This document shows, piece after piece, positions 14,650 through 26,710 of a stretch of 64,000 bases of DNA; the first letter of the stretch is position 1; each line of letters opens with the position of its first letter. The DNA comes from Trichoplax adhaerens (Eukaryota; Animalia; Placozoa). The stretch is from contig NW_002060950.1 in NCBI RefSeq assembly GCF_000150275.1, forward strand, positions 1,972,106 to 2,036,105, read 5' to 3'. A program made the position numbers and the translations under genes. The notes beneath the pieces were generated by a model. It saw nothing but the letters and a program-made list of their open reading frames with translations, had not been told where the DNA came from and did not search any database.

Positions 14650-15875
14650 TGCTGTTCGTTGAAATAACTTTTCAACTCTATGGATTCATTTTTCCACAAT
14701 TCCACTAATTTAGTTTTTTGATGAGGATAATCCACTACTATTAGTGTTAATAATTAATGTTGCTATGAATAGTATCTAATCTAAACATGATGAAATACCA
14801 AATGTTTAATGAATCCTAGAGATATGGTTAATTTTGGTTAAGAAGGTATATTCCTAGTTGGATCAGTGGTCAATCTTTTATTTAAAATTAAAAGGAACAA
14901 AAAGAAATTTTCTTTCAACTTTAAGCTGGCATCATCACCAGTGGTAATAGTGGTCTACTTGAAATTAACATAGTGACTTATATTCAACTCGACACGAATA
15001 CATGTAAAATATTAATCGATTTAAGTTATTACTTTAAACTAATCTATTAATTTTGCAAGCATTCAATATGATAAAAGCATACATTTGGGTCAGATTACTA
15101 CTTAGTGCGGCTTTATATTTCTAGTAGCTTCAGTTACCTTTAAATTTCTACATTTTAGTCCATGATATACGGCAATTGATATCGTATTTCTTTTTCGAAT
15201 GCTATACTTCGTACTATTGGAATAAAAATAACTATTTCCAGCCGCTAAATTCTGGTATATGATAGTTATAATTTTTATGAAGCAGAAATTATCAAGATGT
15301 TGTAATATTTCTAGCAATTTGAAATTCTCATCAATTCATATTAAATTAATTTTCCAGGTACACCTTTACCGAGAAGAATTAATTAATAGCCTTTATAATA
15401 ACGAAAACAATGATTATATCACTACTCGTAATGCTATAATTTGGAATTAGATTATATCTTTGATTCTTTGATAATTTCTTCCTTTTTCATTTAGTAATTA
15501 TATTAACAATTCTGTACGTACACAATGAATACTTTTGACGCAGCATTTTTTAACAACTTTTGGTACTAAGAGTGCATGAAACTAATTTATTCCTGAATAG
15601 CATCAAATATTTGTCAAGAGTTTGTTTTAAGCTAGGCGGAGCATCGATAGTAATAGGACAGCACTTGCGCAGTCAACTGAGCCTTATAGAGGTGAAAAAT
15701 ATTTATAGCAAAATTTCATGGATTACAATAATATTATCTGTTGGACCTTAATTATTAAATGAAATATAACACTGGTAATTATCTTTCATTGCTAACGATC
15801 ACTGTATTGTTAGCTATTCCTATCTAATTTCACAATTTTAAGCTGTTCAACTTTGCTTCAGGTTTTATTTCATAA
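14650..15875 (-). pseudogene. Decayed inverted paralogue of the cytokine-like gene, head-to-head with the intact copy (relic H)
   Basis: All four exons are traceable on the minus strand. Exon 1-like aaataaaacctgaagcaaagttg (~15850-15872). Exon 2: NIIVIHEILL*...KQTLDKYLMLFRNKL...KVVKKCC vs KTILIIWNAIL...QIIVGKYLAEYRNSF...EVTCC. Exon 3: IDENFKLLEILQHL vs VQNNTKLLLKIQYL. Exon 4 DNA tggtatttcatcatgtt...catagcaacatt vs tggtattataatctcgtc...gatagcaacttg. Confidence 0.65.
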
Positions 15876-16895
15876 TATCTCAAAATTAATAAAATAGATT
15901 GGGAAGTAGGTAATCACATGATAAATTCTAACTTAGCTTGATGATAGTATGGTTAATGAAAATCCTTGAAAAGAGGAAGTTCCTTACAACGAAGCATCAT
16001 TCAACGCTTGAATAAACTTCATGATTATTCCACCTGCATGCGGTATCAATTATGTATTAGATTGTCATTATTCCTAATTAATTTTGTCATTTTAATTTCT
16101 GAATATCTATTTTAAAGTTTTAATCCTTTTCCTGGCAACTGAAGTACTTAATAATTTTCTATTGCATCCTTATTATTATTTCTTTTCTATTATCAATCAA
16201 ATTGGTAGATAGCTACCAATTTTATTGAAAAGTGCGTGAGTGTATTATTACTTAAGTGATGATAGGCGTGGAGAATCTATCTGTAGTCAAAGTGACCATT
16301 CGCCTCTGGAATAAAGACTTAGAGTGAATCTTCCATGTGATTTGTGCAAACGTATCAAATTTATATTATAATGCTAATATTCTTAGTGTTATAGCAATCA
16401 TTTGCAACAGTATCATATTGCTGGTGAAAATTTTTTGATACATTTTTTAATGAGATTATATGAATACTTGAGTTAGGAAATAATTTTGAAATAGTTGATA
16501 GCTATTAACTCACATGTAAAACGCCAATTGATCTTAACTAAGATATAAATTTTAGAGAAAACTATTCTAAATTTAATTGAATTATTATTTGCAATGAATG
16601 AAAATTTAAACCATATCCTATAGTCCTTCCTTTACTGGAATAAATTACAATTTTAATTGCATATGCTTTATTATTTAAACTGAATAGATTAATTGGTACA
16701 CCATATGTTATTCGAATGCTACTACAAAAGCAAGTAAAGAATGCATAAAATATTTTCCGGTCAGTCGTTATGTCTGTAATTAAAGTTAATTGCATTTAGT
16801 ACTAATAATTTTATCCTAATGTTCTTTAAAAAATTCACTCCACACACAGACAATTAGCAAATCAAAATAAAAGTTCAAGGAGGGCAAAATATTTA

Positions 16896-16935
16896 CCAAT
16901 TAGCTAGATAATCGGCCAATAAATTTCTATATAAA
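16896..16935 (+). promoter_or_regulatory. Putative core promoter (CCAAT boxes + TATA box) of the cytokine-like gene
   Basis: CCAAT at 16896-16900 and 16916-16920; TATATAAA at 16928-16935, about 80 nt upstream of the ATG at 17014. The AT-rich background lowers specificity. Confidence 0.45.
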
Positions 16936-17013
16936 GGTTAACGAGGTGAGCTACCAAATCATTGTGACTTAGCCGTACTTTTGTTAACTTGAACTCAACA
17001 CTATTGGAATAAA

Positions 17014-18900
17014 ATGCCAGCCAAAGGTTTGTTTGTACTTTATCATTTGATACATTAACACGTCGTAAATTGTAAGTCGCCAAAGACCAGCTCAGCGTTA
17101 CTACTGCTTATTCGCCCTACGTTAAATTTCAAATTTCAGATCATGCTTAGTATTTTATTTTTCGATCTTAAGAGTTAGACATTTAATCATTGAATAGTCA
17201 AAAGCAGTTTTTGTTGAATATCTAATCTATAAAATAATCTCTTATAGCTAAAACTATCTTAATAATCTGGAATGCAATACTCGTTTGCTTTTGTTGGTAT
17301 TGCGGTGCTAAACCTGTTCAACCATCAACGAAAGATGGATCTGTCCTCGACGTCCTCGATATCGTCAATGGCCAACTACGTGACGTCCAAATTATTGTTG
17401 GCAAGTACTTAGCTGAATATCGCAACAGCTTCCCCAAAGACAACGATAACGAATTTGAGGTTACATGTTGCCAAAAAATTACAATCATATCGCATGATGC
17501 GCTGGTGAGTATCCTAAATCCAACTAAATATTCATTTTACTTTATTTTATCTTCGTTTTCATTTAAACAGCACTATCATGATCGGTTCTTCTGATAGATC
17601 ATGATTATTTAGTGGTAATCAATTAAATCTTATAAAATACTATCAATACATTCCAATGATACTTTTAATTGTGAATACACACTCTCTCTCTTACTAATTA
17701 TCATACTATACACGTGCAACCAATTTGTATTTTGGTACTGAATTTTACAATTACCAAATATTGCTCTTTAGTTTTGTCAGATATGATCCGTTAATTATGC
17801 CAAAAACGATGCTATAATCTCTGACAATATTGGCAATAAATTGTGCTGTACTATACATTATTATTTTTTCACCGTTGTTTCCTCTTTGTCTTAGTACAAC
17901 TACGTAAAATAACCACATAAAATACCATTATTATTTATTGTAAGAGTTTTCGCTAAGGCTATTTGACGACGCCTAATTCCAGAAATTATTGTAATAATTT
18001 TGTATCTTTGCTCTCTTTAATCTACAGTCTTCACCATGTCTACGATTGAAAAAGCTCGTCAAGAATTTATTAGAATTTTCACGCCCTAATGGAAAATTTC
18101 AGCAGTTTATTATGCAAGGCAAAGTGCAGAATAATACCAAATTATTGTTAAAAATTCAATATTTACTTGACAAGACGAAAATTCTATATGAGAATTTCCT
18201 CTACCTCGTAAGTCAGCTAAAATTTAAAAATAAACATTTATAACAGATTACTAGTGCATGATTGCAATACTACAGCTTACGAAGTTATACCGTAGATTTA
18301 AAAGTATAGTATCATATTAACTTGTAGGATTTGCTATTTCAAAATACTTAGCGTAACTTAACTAAAGACTAACTATTATAATAAAATTTTGCTTATACTT
18401 TACTTAGTTTAGCTTTGATCGGCGTTCAAATGTGAATAAAATATTTAGAAAGCTAGAAGTAAGTAAAACCGGTATCGTTCATTTTTGCTAATTAATCAAT
18501 GATTGTGTTAAGGAAAGAATTCATTGTCGTCTCTCAGTAAAAACCATAAATGTATTCATTTTAATTGAATCAATCAATATGGTTAAATATCAATGAAAAA
18601 ATGCCGCTATTTAAATACTAGCATTTATTAGTATGTCAAGAAAAAAATAAATCAATAACGTTATCGTTCTATATTTTTTCATCATAGACTACACAGCCAT
18701 CACTATCATCAAATAGTAATAATCAACCTAAAGACATAAATATAACGACAGCGCCTTCGATCGAAAATGATCAAAATTTTATGGATGAATGGTATTATAA
18801 TCTCGTCGATTATGATAGCAACTTGAACGCCATTTTTATAACATTGTTATTACTACGGGAAAGTGTCGTCACGGAAGGACGATTAGATTGTCGTCGATAG
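17014..18900 (+). CDS. Secreted 220-aa protein, predicted long-chain four-helix-bundle cytokine-like
   Basis: Exons 17014-17026, 17248-17504, 18028-18207 and 18688-18900 join in frame through GT-AG introns (phases 1,0,0). Protein: MPAKAKTILIIWNAILVCFCWYCGA|KPVQPSTKDGSVLDVLDIVNGQLRDVQIIVGKYLAEYRNSFPKDNDNEFEVTCCQKITIISHDALSSPCLRLKKLVKNLLEFSRPNGKFQQFIMQGKVQNNTKLLLKIQYLLDKTKILYENFLYLTTQPSLSSNSNNQPKDINITTAPSIENDQNFMDEWYYNLVDYDSNLNAIFITLLLLRESVVTEGRLDCRR. The gene model is well supported; the fold assignment is inference. Confidence 0.85.
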
Positions 18901-20399
18901 AAATTCATAAATAAATTCTTATTATTTATTTGCTATTTCTCTCTATCATTGTATAATAACCCATATTTCTAAAGATAATGTCAATACCGGCATATCCGTT
19001 TTATATCTAGATTACTATCTTTCAAACTATAAGCATGGATTACTTATGATAACGTATCGTCATTAAACTATGACTCTAAAAACTGTTAATAACAATATTC
19101 TTTGACAATAATGAATCGTTTATAACTTTTTGTAATATATAAAATAGATCTATATAGCTGGTATACACTCTTAGCAGTAATATTGTCAATAGTACCAGTT
19201 AACAACAAAAATAAGGAAATTTTGGTATATTATGATGTTGTCGTTCGAAGTTAACGTAAAATGATAGTAGATTGTGATGCAAGTAGAATTTGATACTAAT
19301 AATAGCTGTTTCCGTATGATCACTGTTTTACTTCAATTTATGGCTACGTTTAAAGTGTTAAATAACATCACATTATATTATCATTACATTGGAGTCTATC
19401 GTTGGCAGAAATTTTAGTAATGGCTTCCGACGATTTTATTACAGATTAGGATGATGTTTAGTCTTAGGAAAGTTGTTTCTTATCTTGATCATATAGCGAT
19501 ACACAAGAACAATTATCAATTAAGTAATTAATTTATTAATATTCTTGCGAAATAACGGTCATCAAAATACGATCCGTAGCCATACCTTTGTTTATGATGT
19601 AATTAATTATCTGTTAATTTTATAATAGAATTAATATAAAAATAGATAATTGCTCTTTACATCATACTGATATATTATGCTATCTTGGCAAGAATCTGAT
19701 GTTGAGCAATAATATGCCATTATATTGAAATCATACTACAGGTTGATCATTATTTTCTACTTAACAATTTCAACTTGTTAACTTGTTAAGGGAAATAATA
19801 CGGTCATAATCGGTATTGCTATACCTTATGACTAGCTCACAATTAAGATATGAAAGTTAACAGCTAAGCAATATCATTTAAATTTCTACATTCGTATTGA
19901 AGAAAAATAATCATAACTGGAATAAATATTCATATATGATGTCATTTTAAATCTTATTGTGAACAGACTATGAGTTATTATTATGCAGTAACATCGTTTG
20001 ACGAAGTGTGATCGTCTTGGTTTACTTTCTGGTTTGACGTAATATTTCTCTAGAAACGTAATAAATAAACGACATTTTCTTTATGTACAGGTAGAATCAC
20101 GTCAGAGCTTTTGAAGTAGTAGACAAATAGTTATAGAAACAAATAAAATGTCAACTAATGCGAAAAATTAAAATCTTATGCCATGAATAAGTTAATCTTA
20201 ATTTTTAGCAATAGCATCATCAATATCATTTCTGTAATGATTAATAAAAAGTATAAAAATACGATAGGAAACGATGTTCTATAAACGTAGCGAAAACTTT
20301 TAAAATCAGCAAAAGCTAGCAATGAAGTGATTTCCTTCCACAAAATATGTCAAATTGAATGTAAGGTATTGTATTCACATCGATATTAAGAGCATTAAC

Positions 20400-21170
20400 A
20401 AGAAGTTAGACGATATTTTAGGTCGATAAGTAAAGAGCTTATGGTAAAAATTAATATTTGTGCCACATCAGTAGTTGTTGATGAAGTAGTACTGACCAAA
20501 AGTACAACAACCAGTATTTATTATTGCTTATATAGCTTGATGAAATTACAGTTAATACAAGTCATCGTTTGTGTTTTTCACTACGGTATAATATACACAT
20601 CTACTTGTATATATGATATTGCTTCCTTTTTACGTAAATAAGGCACTAGTGCGATTAGTTAAACTTTGCTTAAAAGTAGAATTGTGATATTTTCATCGAT
20701 ACCAATATTTCAATCTTGTTATACGAGTACATACGGGCTAGTGCTTATTGAAGATGTTATTGATGCCCTGGATATTGTCAATATCGTTCAATTGTTATGC
20801 TGCAATTCGAAAAAAATTGTGTACGTTAACTTTAACATTGCACGTGCTCACTATATCTATGCAAATATGATAGTGACGGCCATATTTAGACCGCACCTAT
20901 TTATTTTGTTTTACAATCTTGGTAAATAGGGCTACAAATACGCTGGAATTTAGCTTAATTCAAATGATGATAAAGCATATGTAGATCCAAACACATTATT
21001 CTCCATACAAAATAAAGCATCTGGAGTGTTTAACATCAGCAATTAAGGCTTGTTATTGAGAGTTAATGTTTCACAGGCTCTTCCGTAAATATCCAAGTAT
21101 AACGTAGTTTATATTGAGCACCCAAAAGCATGTAAATATAAGATCGGATAGTGGCAATTGACTGCAATAG
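20400..21170 (-). pseudogene. Decayed paralogue of the cytokine-like gene (relic I), tail-to-tail with the intact copy
   Basis: Minus-strand cactatcatatttgcatagatata|gtgagc (~20846-20875) vs the intact exon-2 end tacaatcatatcgcatgatgcgctg|gtgagt. Exon-3-like GIDENITILLLSKV*L vs KVQNNTKLLLKIQYL. Exon-4-like FGQYYFINNY vs MDEWYYNLVDY. Confidence 0.5.
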
Positions 21171-21619
21171 TATCTATTTGTAGTTATAGATTGCAAGCAT
21201 ACGATAAGGGAAGATTTATTATAAGTTAATAAAGGACGAGAAATAAAGGTTCATTTTTATGTTTTTAATTGTCTTGATAAGTGAATATTCTTATATAATA
21301 TTTTAACTATTCATATTGCAACTTCATTCCATATTTCTTATTAGTTCATTTTTATTGGCAAGAATATGCATGTTATTTCAAAATTAGCGCTAAAATCAAT
21401 AATGCTCTACTGTACGAGGTATATTTGCAGTTGCGACCCTCCTATCATGTTTGACCATTTTTCTTACATAAAAAAATGCTGGCAATATTGCTGGCAGTTA
21501 CTTAGCATGTTTTCGTGAAGTTTATTCGCGCGTTTTACAGAATAGGTTATCAATGCGTTATTGATGTAGCGATAAATAACCCCTTGTAACCTTCTTTAAT
21601 TAATCAACAATTCTTAGCA

Positions 21620-21861
21620 TATCTTGACGTGGGATGAAACTTCTATTAGTACCGTATTGTGCATTATTATGCCAATAGCCATTGCAATACGCCCCCAGTC
21701 TACGATTTTTGCTGCAATACGTTGGCTATTGTTCAGCCAGGACTAAAATTTTATTATTGGGTCGGATGTTCGACTCAAGTCATATTGACCGATAAAACCT
21801 ACGGATACCATTTCCTACCTGGAATATAAAGAACCATATAGATTTGTAAATGAATTTAATG
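21620..21861 (+). pseudogene. Possible exon-2 relic of the cytokine-like family
   Basis: Signal-like ISTVLCIIMPIAIA-IRPQST (intact: CGA-KPVQPST), then frameshifted ISYLEYKEPY..VNEF ending at a GTGAGT donor (intact: GKYLAEYRNSF..DNEF). Confidence 0.3.
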
Positions 21862-23859
21862 GTGAGTAGATACTACAAAATTGCTTACGCTCTAATTGTA
21901 ACAGTGTTATGTTGCGCAAAAATTTAGTTTCTATCAAATATTTTGGGGTGTTTCTTAGGAAATGAACCCCATTTTTTCCAATTACAAAATATTATAAGTA
22001 ATTTCATAAATTAACATCCTTTGTTAAATTACTATGACTTTTTGAACCAGGTATTATACTTTAATTTACAGTACTATCGATAATGCACACAAGTAATCAT
22101 TTAAGGCCTATAATTACGTATCATTCATTATTATAAAAGTTAAATAATGATTATAATTATAATTACTAATCAAGATATTGACAACGTAATTAATGTAGTT
22201 GTGTAATTAGTACAATATTGCAATACTGTACAATATTTGATTTCTAGAATTTGAGTGATCAATTAAATTAAATGATAAAAATAAAATTTATAAATAAATA
22301 TTAATATAAAAAAAAATCTCTTTATTGGGACACTAACTGTTGTGCATTCAGGGATAATAGATACTTAAAAAAAAAATGCGGTTTTAACATTGCGTATAAT
22401 TACAGCATTGACTAGTACCCTATGCTGTACATTAGTGTACAGTAATTATATTGACGTTTGACGAATGTCCTGAGCGTCATATTAATCCGCTCAGGCAAAC
22501 CCTGACCTATGAAAGCAACTAGGCAGCCTATTAGTATCGTTTCAATCGAATAATGACAAGTACGGTAATGAGGCAGCCAAGAGCTACAGGAAGTTATCGC
22601 CTTCTAGTCATGCTAGCTTGTGCCCACAGAAACTTGAGAAATCCAAAAGAATTCGTAATTTCTGACACTGTGTACGAATGGACCAAAGCATACAATAGAC
22701 TGCCGGGTAATACATGGAAAACATTGTGCAGTAAGTATGCTCAAATACCGTATGAACATATTGACAATGGGTATAAAGATGAGCGATTCTCCTTCCGATG
22801 TCCACGAACACCATGCTCACCCACACCCAAGGACTTGCAGCAAATTAAGTTTTAATGCGTATTGTTTGCTTCTACTTTTCCATACTAAAATCCTCCTATG
22901 AAAATTATGCATTTTTTCCTACTTTACTGGTAGTGCTTATGTGCTAGCTAGTAGACTGGTACGTAGTGTATACTCAGTCAACCCAGCCCTTTCGCTATGA
23001 ATATATCCAGAAATGCAGCTGAAACGGCTGTGTATCTTCAATGCAATTGGCCAAATCTATTTGCTTTTTCTTAGGAAAATCTATCAAGGTTTTCGGTGTG
23101 CACCTGTCAAATCAAAGTCATCAGCTCCTACTCCCCTCGAATTACTTACATCTTTTACTTTCTGACGGTAACTTATCTACACGGGCGAAACTGCGGAATC
23201 GGCAAGACTAAATCTGTCAAGTACACACCGAAAATCTTAGTGTATAGCGTTAAAACTTGGCATATTTGCTTGGACAAGTCCCGTTTTATGAAGGTAAACA
23301 GCCCATTTTAGCGGCATACTCGTAGATGTCCCATGGAAAGGTTTGGTTCTAGTGTACACTAGAGCGTACAGTAGGGCGTTCCAGTAGTTATTAGTGATCC
23401 TATACTGTACACATTGCTGAAAGAGCTTATACGGAGCATCATACTGTCCATACTGGATTGTATCTACCAAGCTTAAATCCATATTAAGTCCATTTAACGC
23501 ATGCCCAAAGCGAATCGTGTACAGCTATGGATTACTAGAAATTCTACCAGACAACCTAGTGACAGTCAGGTCTACCGTCTAACTAGTGCAGATCGCAGAA
23601 TGATCACTCTTGGACGGACAGACATTTTTCTGCTTCATTTCGTCAAAATATTGTGCCAAACACTTTGATACAGTACAGTATGACACTACTTTTGTACCGT
23701 ATGCAGACGGTCGATTCTGAATTGAGTGATTTTTTCTAAAATTAAGTAATACTAGTGCAAACTCCCGTCGCTTTACTGACGGTTTACGATAATGTGCTCA
23801 TTTAACAGAGGTTCAGTAACTTTATACCGTACCGTGTAAGTTGATCTGGAAACAGAGTT

Positions 23860-24660
23860 ATACTGTACTGTATGTACTGTACTGTACAGTATAGAAAACA
23901 GACACGGAAGATGCGTACTACAGTACTGTACTGTACATTATACACTGTACACTGTACAGTAAGTACTGTAGTTATTGCTCGACATTATTAACGGCCTCAA
24001 TTGGCAAACGCACGTCCGTCCGAGGGAGTGATCAATCCAGGTCTTCTTCTAGTACCGTAGTCCAATGGACCGTCCGAGGGAGTGATCAATCCAGGCCTTC
24101 TTCTAGTAGTCCAATGGATCGCCTGATGGTACAGCAGAGAGCTGCATGTTTCATCATTTTCCTATAAAAAAGACACGGATTTCGGTATGCATACAGTACA
24201 CTGAGTACAGGGCGGGTGAAAAATTTGGACGTACTTTATATAGCTTTGTATGAGAATTGCATCCGAATTTATTTTCGCTGTTTTTTGATCATACTAAAGC
24301 TATTCCAAGAGATTTTAGCTGATGTCATTATCCAAGTTATCGATTGTGCGCAAAGAGAATGACCAATTGGTCAATGCAAACAGTAGTCAGTGTACTGTAG
24401 TGTCCTGTACAGTACTGTACAGTACAATACTGTATTACTAGGGTCTAACAAAGGTTTCATTGTGAAGAGAAAAACCAAAGTCTTTGTACTGTACAGTGTA
24501 CAGTACACTCTGCAAGTTTGCATGTGATCACGTCAGTACAGTACACTGTAGTCTCCAATTGTTTGTACTGTAGAGTTCATGTGCAGTTTTTTCTTCCTAC
24601 TTTTAAATTTAGTATGATCAGTACTGGATGCACAGTACTGTATATGGACTGTTCCTTCTG
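23860..24660. repeat. TACTG/CAGTA (TACTGTACAGTA palindrome)-rich simple-repeat tract
   Basis: Dense runs such as tactgtactgtatgtactgtactgtacagta (23861-23889), 23916-23972 and 24392-24435, in both orientations. The motif recurs at 25527-25583 and 26320-26477. Confidence 0.75.
24016..24118 (+). repeat. Tandem duplication, ~54-bp unit, 2 copies
   Basis: ccgtccgagggagtgatcaatccagg(t/c)cttcttctagta...gtccaatgga starts at 24016 and again at 24070. Confidence 0.9.
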
Positions 24661-25932
24661 TAGTAGTCCCTGGTATGGTGGCATGCCCAGTTACAACTAG
24701 TTGACCAGTATCACTATTTAAGTCAAAGATGTTCACAGTTCCGATCAGTTTTTCTCACTGTTTGGTACCATTGCGAGACCTTGAACGAGATTTTACATGT
24801 AAAGTGACGAAGGTAGGAAGGGAAAATTTTTCAATGTATACTACAGTACCGACTACGCATTCTATCCATGTATATGTAAATTAGATCCAAAATCCATTAT
24901 ACATTTGTACATTTACTCATGTGATTTTAGAAAGGATTACTTATTTTGATACATTTGGATAGTCTTGCAATGTTTATTGCCTATAATTTTGTGTATATTG
25001 ATGATAAATACGGAACTAGTCGGACTAGTGAAAGTCCTCGTCTTTTGATGATTGTTGTCATTTCTGTTCTATTCGGCCTCCGTCAGCAAGTTCGAAATAT
25101 AATTATTTATTGACTGCCATCACAGTGATGATTCGAAGTGCAGTAATAAGACAGGTCGATTATAGCTATCGATTGATAATCTGGTGCCTAGATATCTGAT
25201 AGCAACTTGGTGAAGCGAGAATTCTGGTTAAACTACCAATTTCTATATTCAAAGAATCAAAAATAAAACTAAAACGGTCGAGAACTTCGTAGCAAAAACA
25301 AAACTGTTTTTTGAAGGATATTAATCAGTAATTGCCTGGAATTGCGGGTCTGAAATGTCATTTAAGTGATTTTTAAAGTACCCATTTCTGCAATTTACTG
25401 TAAATTGACAGTATTCGCTAATCGTACTATAAGTTCAAGGACAGGTAATAGAGATACAATCTTGAGAAGCACAGTACTCCTGGTACAGTAGGAGGCTCAA
25501 TTCTCTTTCTTAACGCAAGCGATAGTGTACTGTACTGTACGCTAGCCACGTAACATTATTACAGTATACTGTACAGTACAGTAAATGTGAACAATTATTT
25601 CAGTGCACGGTAGCGTTAGCCATTGCTTTATTAATAACACACACTACTGTCAGCATTTAAAGTTAAGTTAGTCTAAGCATGGTTGATAAAGGGATCTTTA
25701 CTGCAGTCCTACATTGATTACTGTAGTACCTACTATATTCCGGCTAAACAGCAGCATGGAATGCACTACCGTACGGAAATGATGTTGCAATGAAACTTTT
25801 ACATAGACTACAATTGAAAGGGCCTCAAATGTCCTACTATACAGTACACTAGACAGTGCTGCCCAGTGGTATGTAGTAATAGTAGCTTGGTTTGTTGTGT
25901 GATTTAGGTTGAACAGTACAGTACTTGAAGGT

Positions 25933-26192
25933 GATTAAGTGACGGACTCTTGTTGGATCATATTGATTCCACTTTTTTCGGTAGTACCGCAAAAATGGCT
26001 ACATGTACAGTACATTAAAACAGTCCAAAAGAGTTTCTGGCTAACATAAAGTCTAAAATTGATTAAGCGGCGGACTCATGTTGGCCCACATTGATTCAAT
26101 TTTTTTCGGTAGTACCTGCAAAACGGCTATATGTACATACTGTAGAAGAGTTCAAAAGAGTTTCTGGCTACATAAAGTCTAAAATTGATTAA
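25933..26192 (+). repeat. Tandem duplication, ~128-bp unit, 2 diverged copies
   Basis: gattaag...cggactc.tgttgg...ttttttcggtagtacc...caaaagagtttctggcta.cataaagtctaaaatt starts at 25933 and again at 26061. Confidence 0.9.
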
Positions 26193-26710
26193 TTAATTAA
26201 AACTGTGGTTCGGTACCTAAGTTGAATATCTTGTGGAATACAGTAGACTGTACAGACGTGCCACGGCCATGAAAAGCCTTAACCCTTTTTTAAATTATAA
26301 AAAAAAATAGAGCTATAGTATGTACTGATAGTACTGGTACAGTATTTCACATACAGTAGTTAGTAAGGGCATTTTATTTTTTTTATTTGACTGTTGTACA
26401 CTGCACAGTACAGTACTTTGTACTGATAAATTAATATTATCCACCCGTCATACTGTACTGTACATGTCCCGTACTGTTTCGATGTGAAAAAAAAAAAAAA
26501 TAATATAAAATTTGAATTTTTGAATTTAAAGTGATTGTTTATAACAGAGTTCTATTTACTGTACTGTTCTAAACTTTAATCATCAACTCTGGCTATAGAA
26601 CGTTCTTTGATACTGAAATTTGAATAATAATAAATAAAATTGAATTGACGGCAATTTTTTTTGACGTTGTTTCTCAATGCTAGAAAAGAATTTATCGTAG
26701 TTCAGTAGAC

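Noticed and set aside
15974-15983. kappaB-like site AGGAAGTTCC upstream of the cytokine-like gene
   Set aside because: A single mismatched short motif, expected by chance.
18046-18243. 65-aa ORF as a stand-alone gene
   Set aside because: It is exon 3 of the cytokine-like gene plus intron read-through.
22553-22855. 100-aa ORF as a host gene
   Set aside because: No recognisable motif or splice context, and it lies in a repeat-like island.
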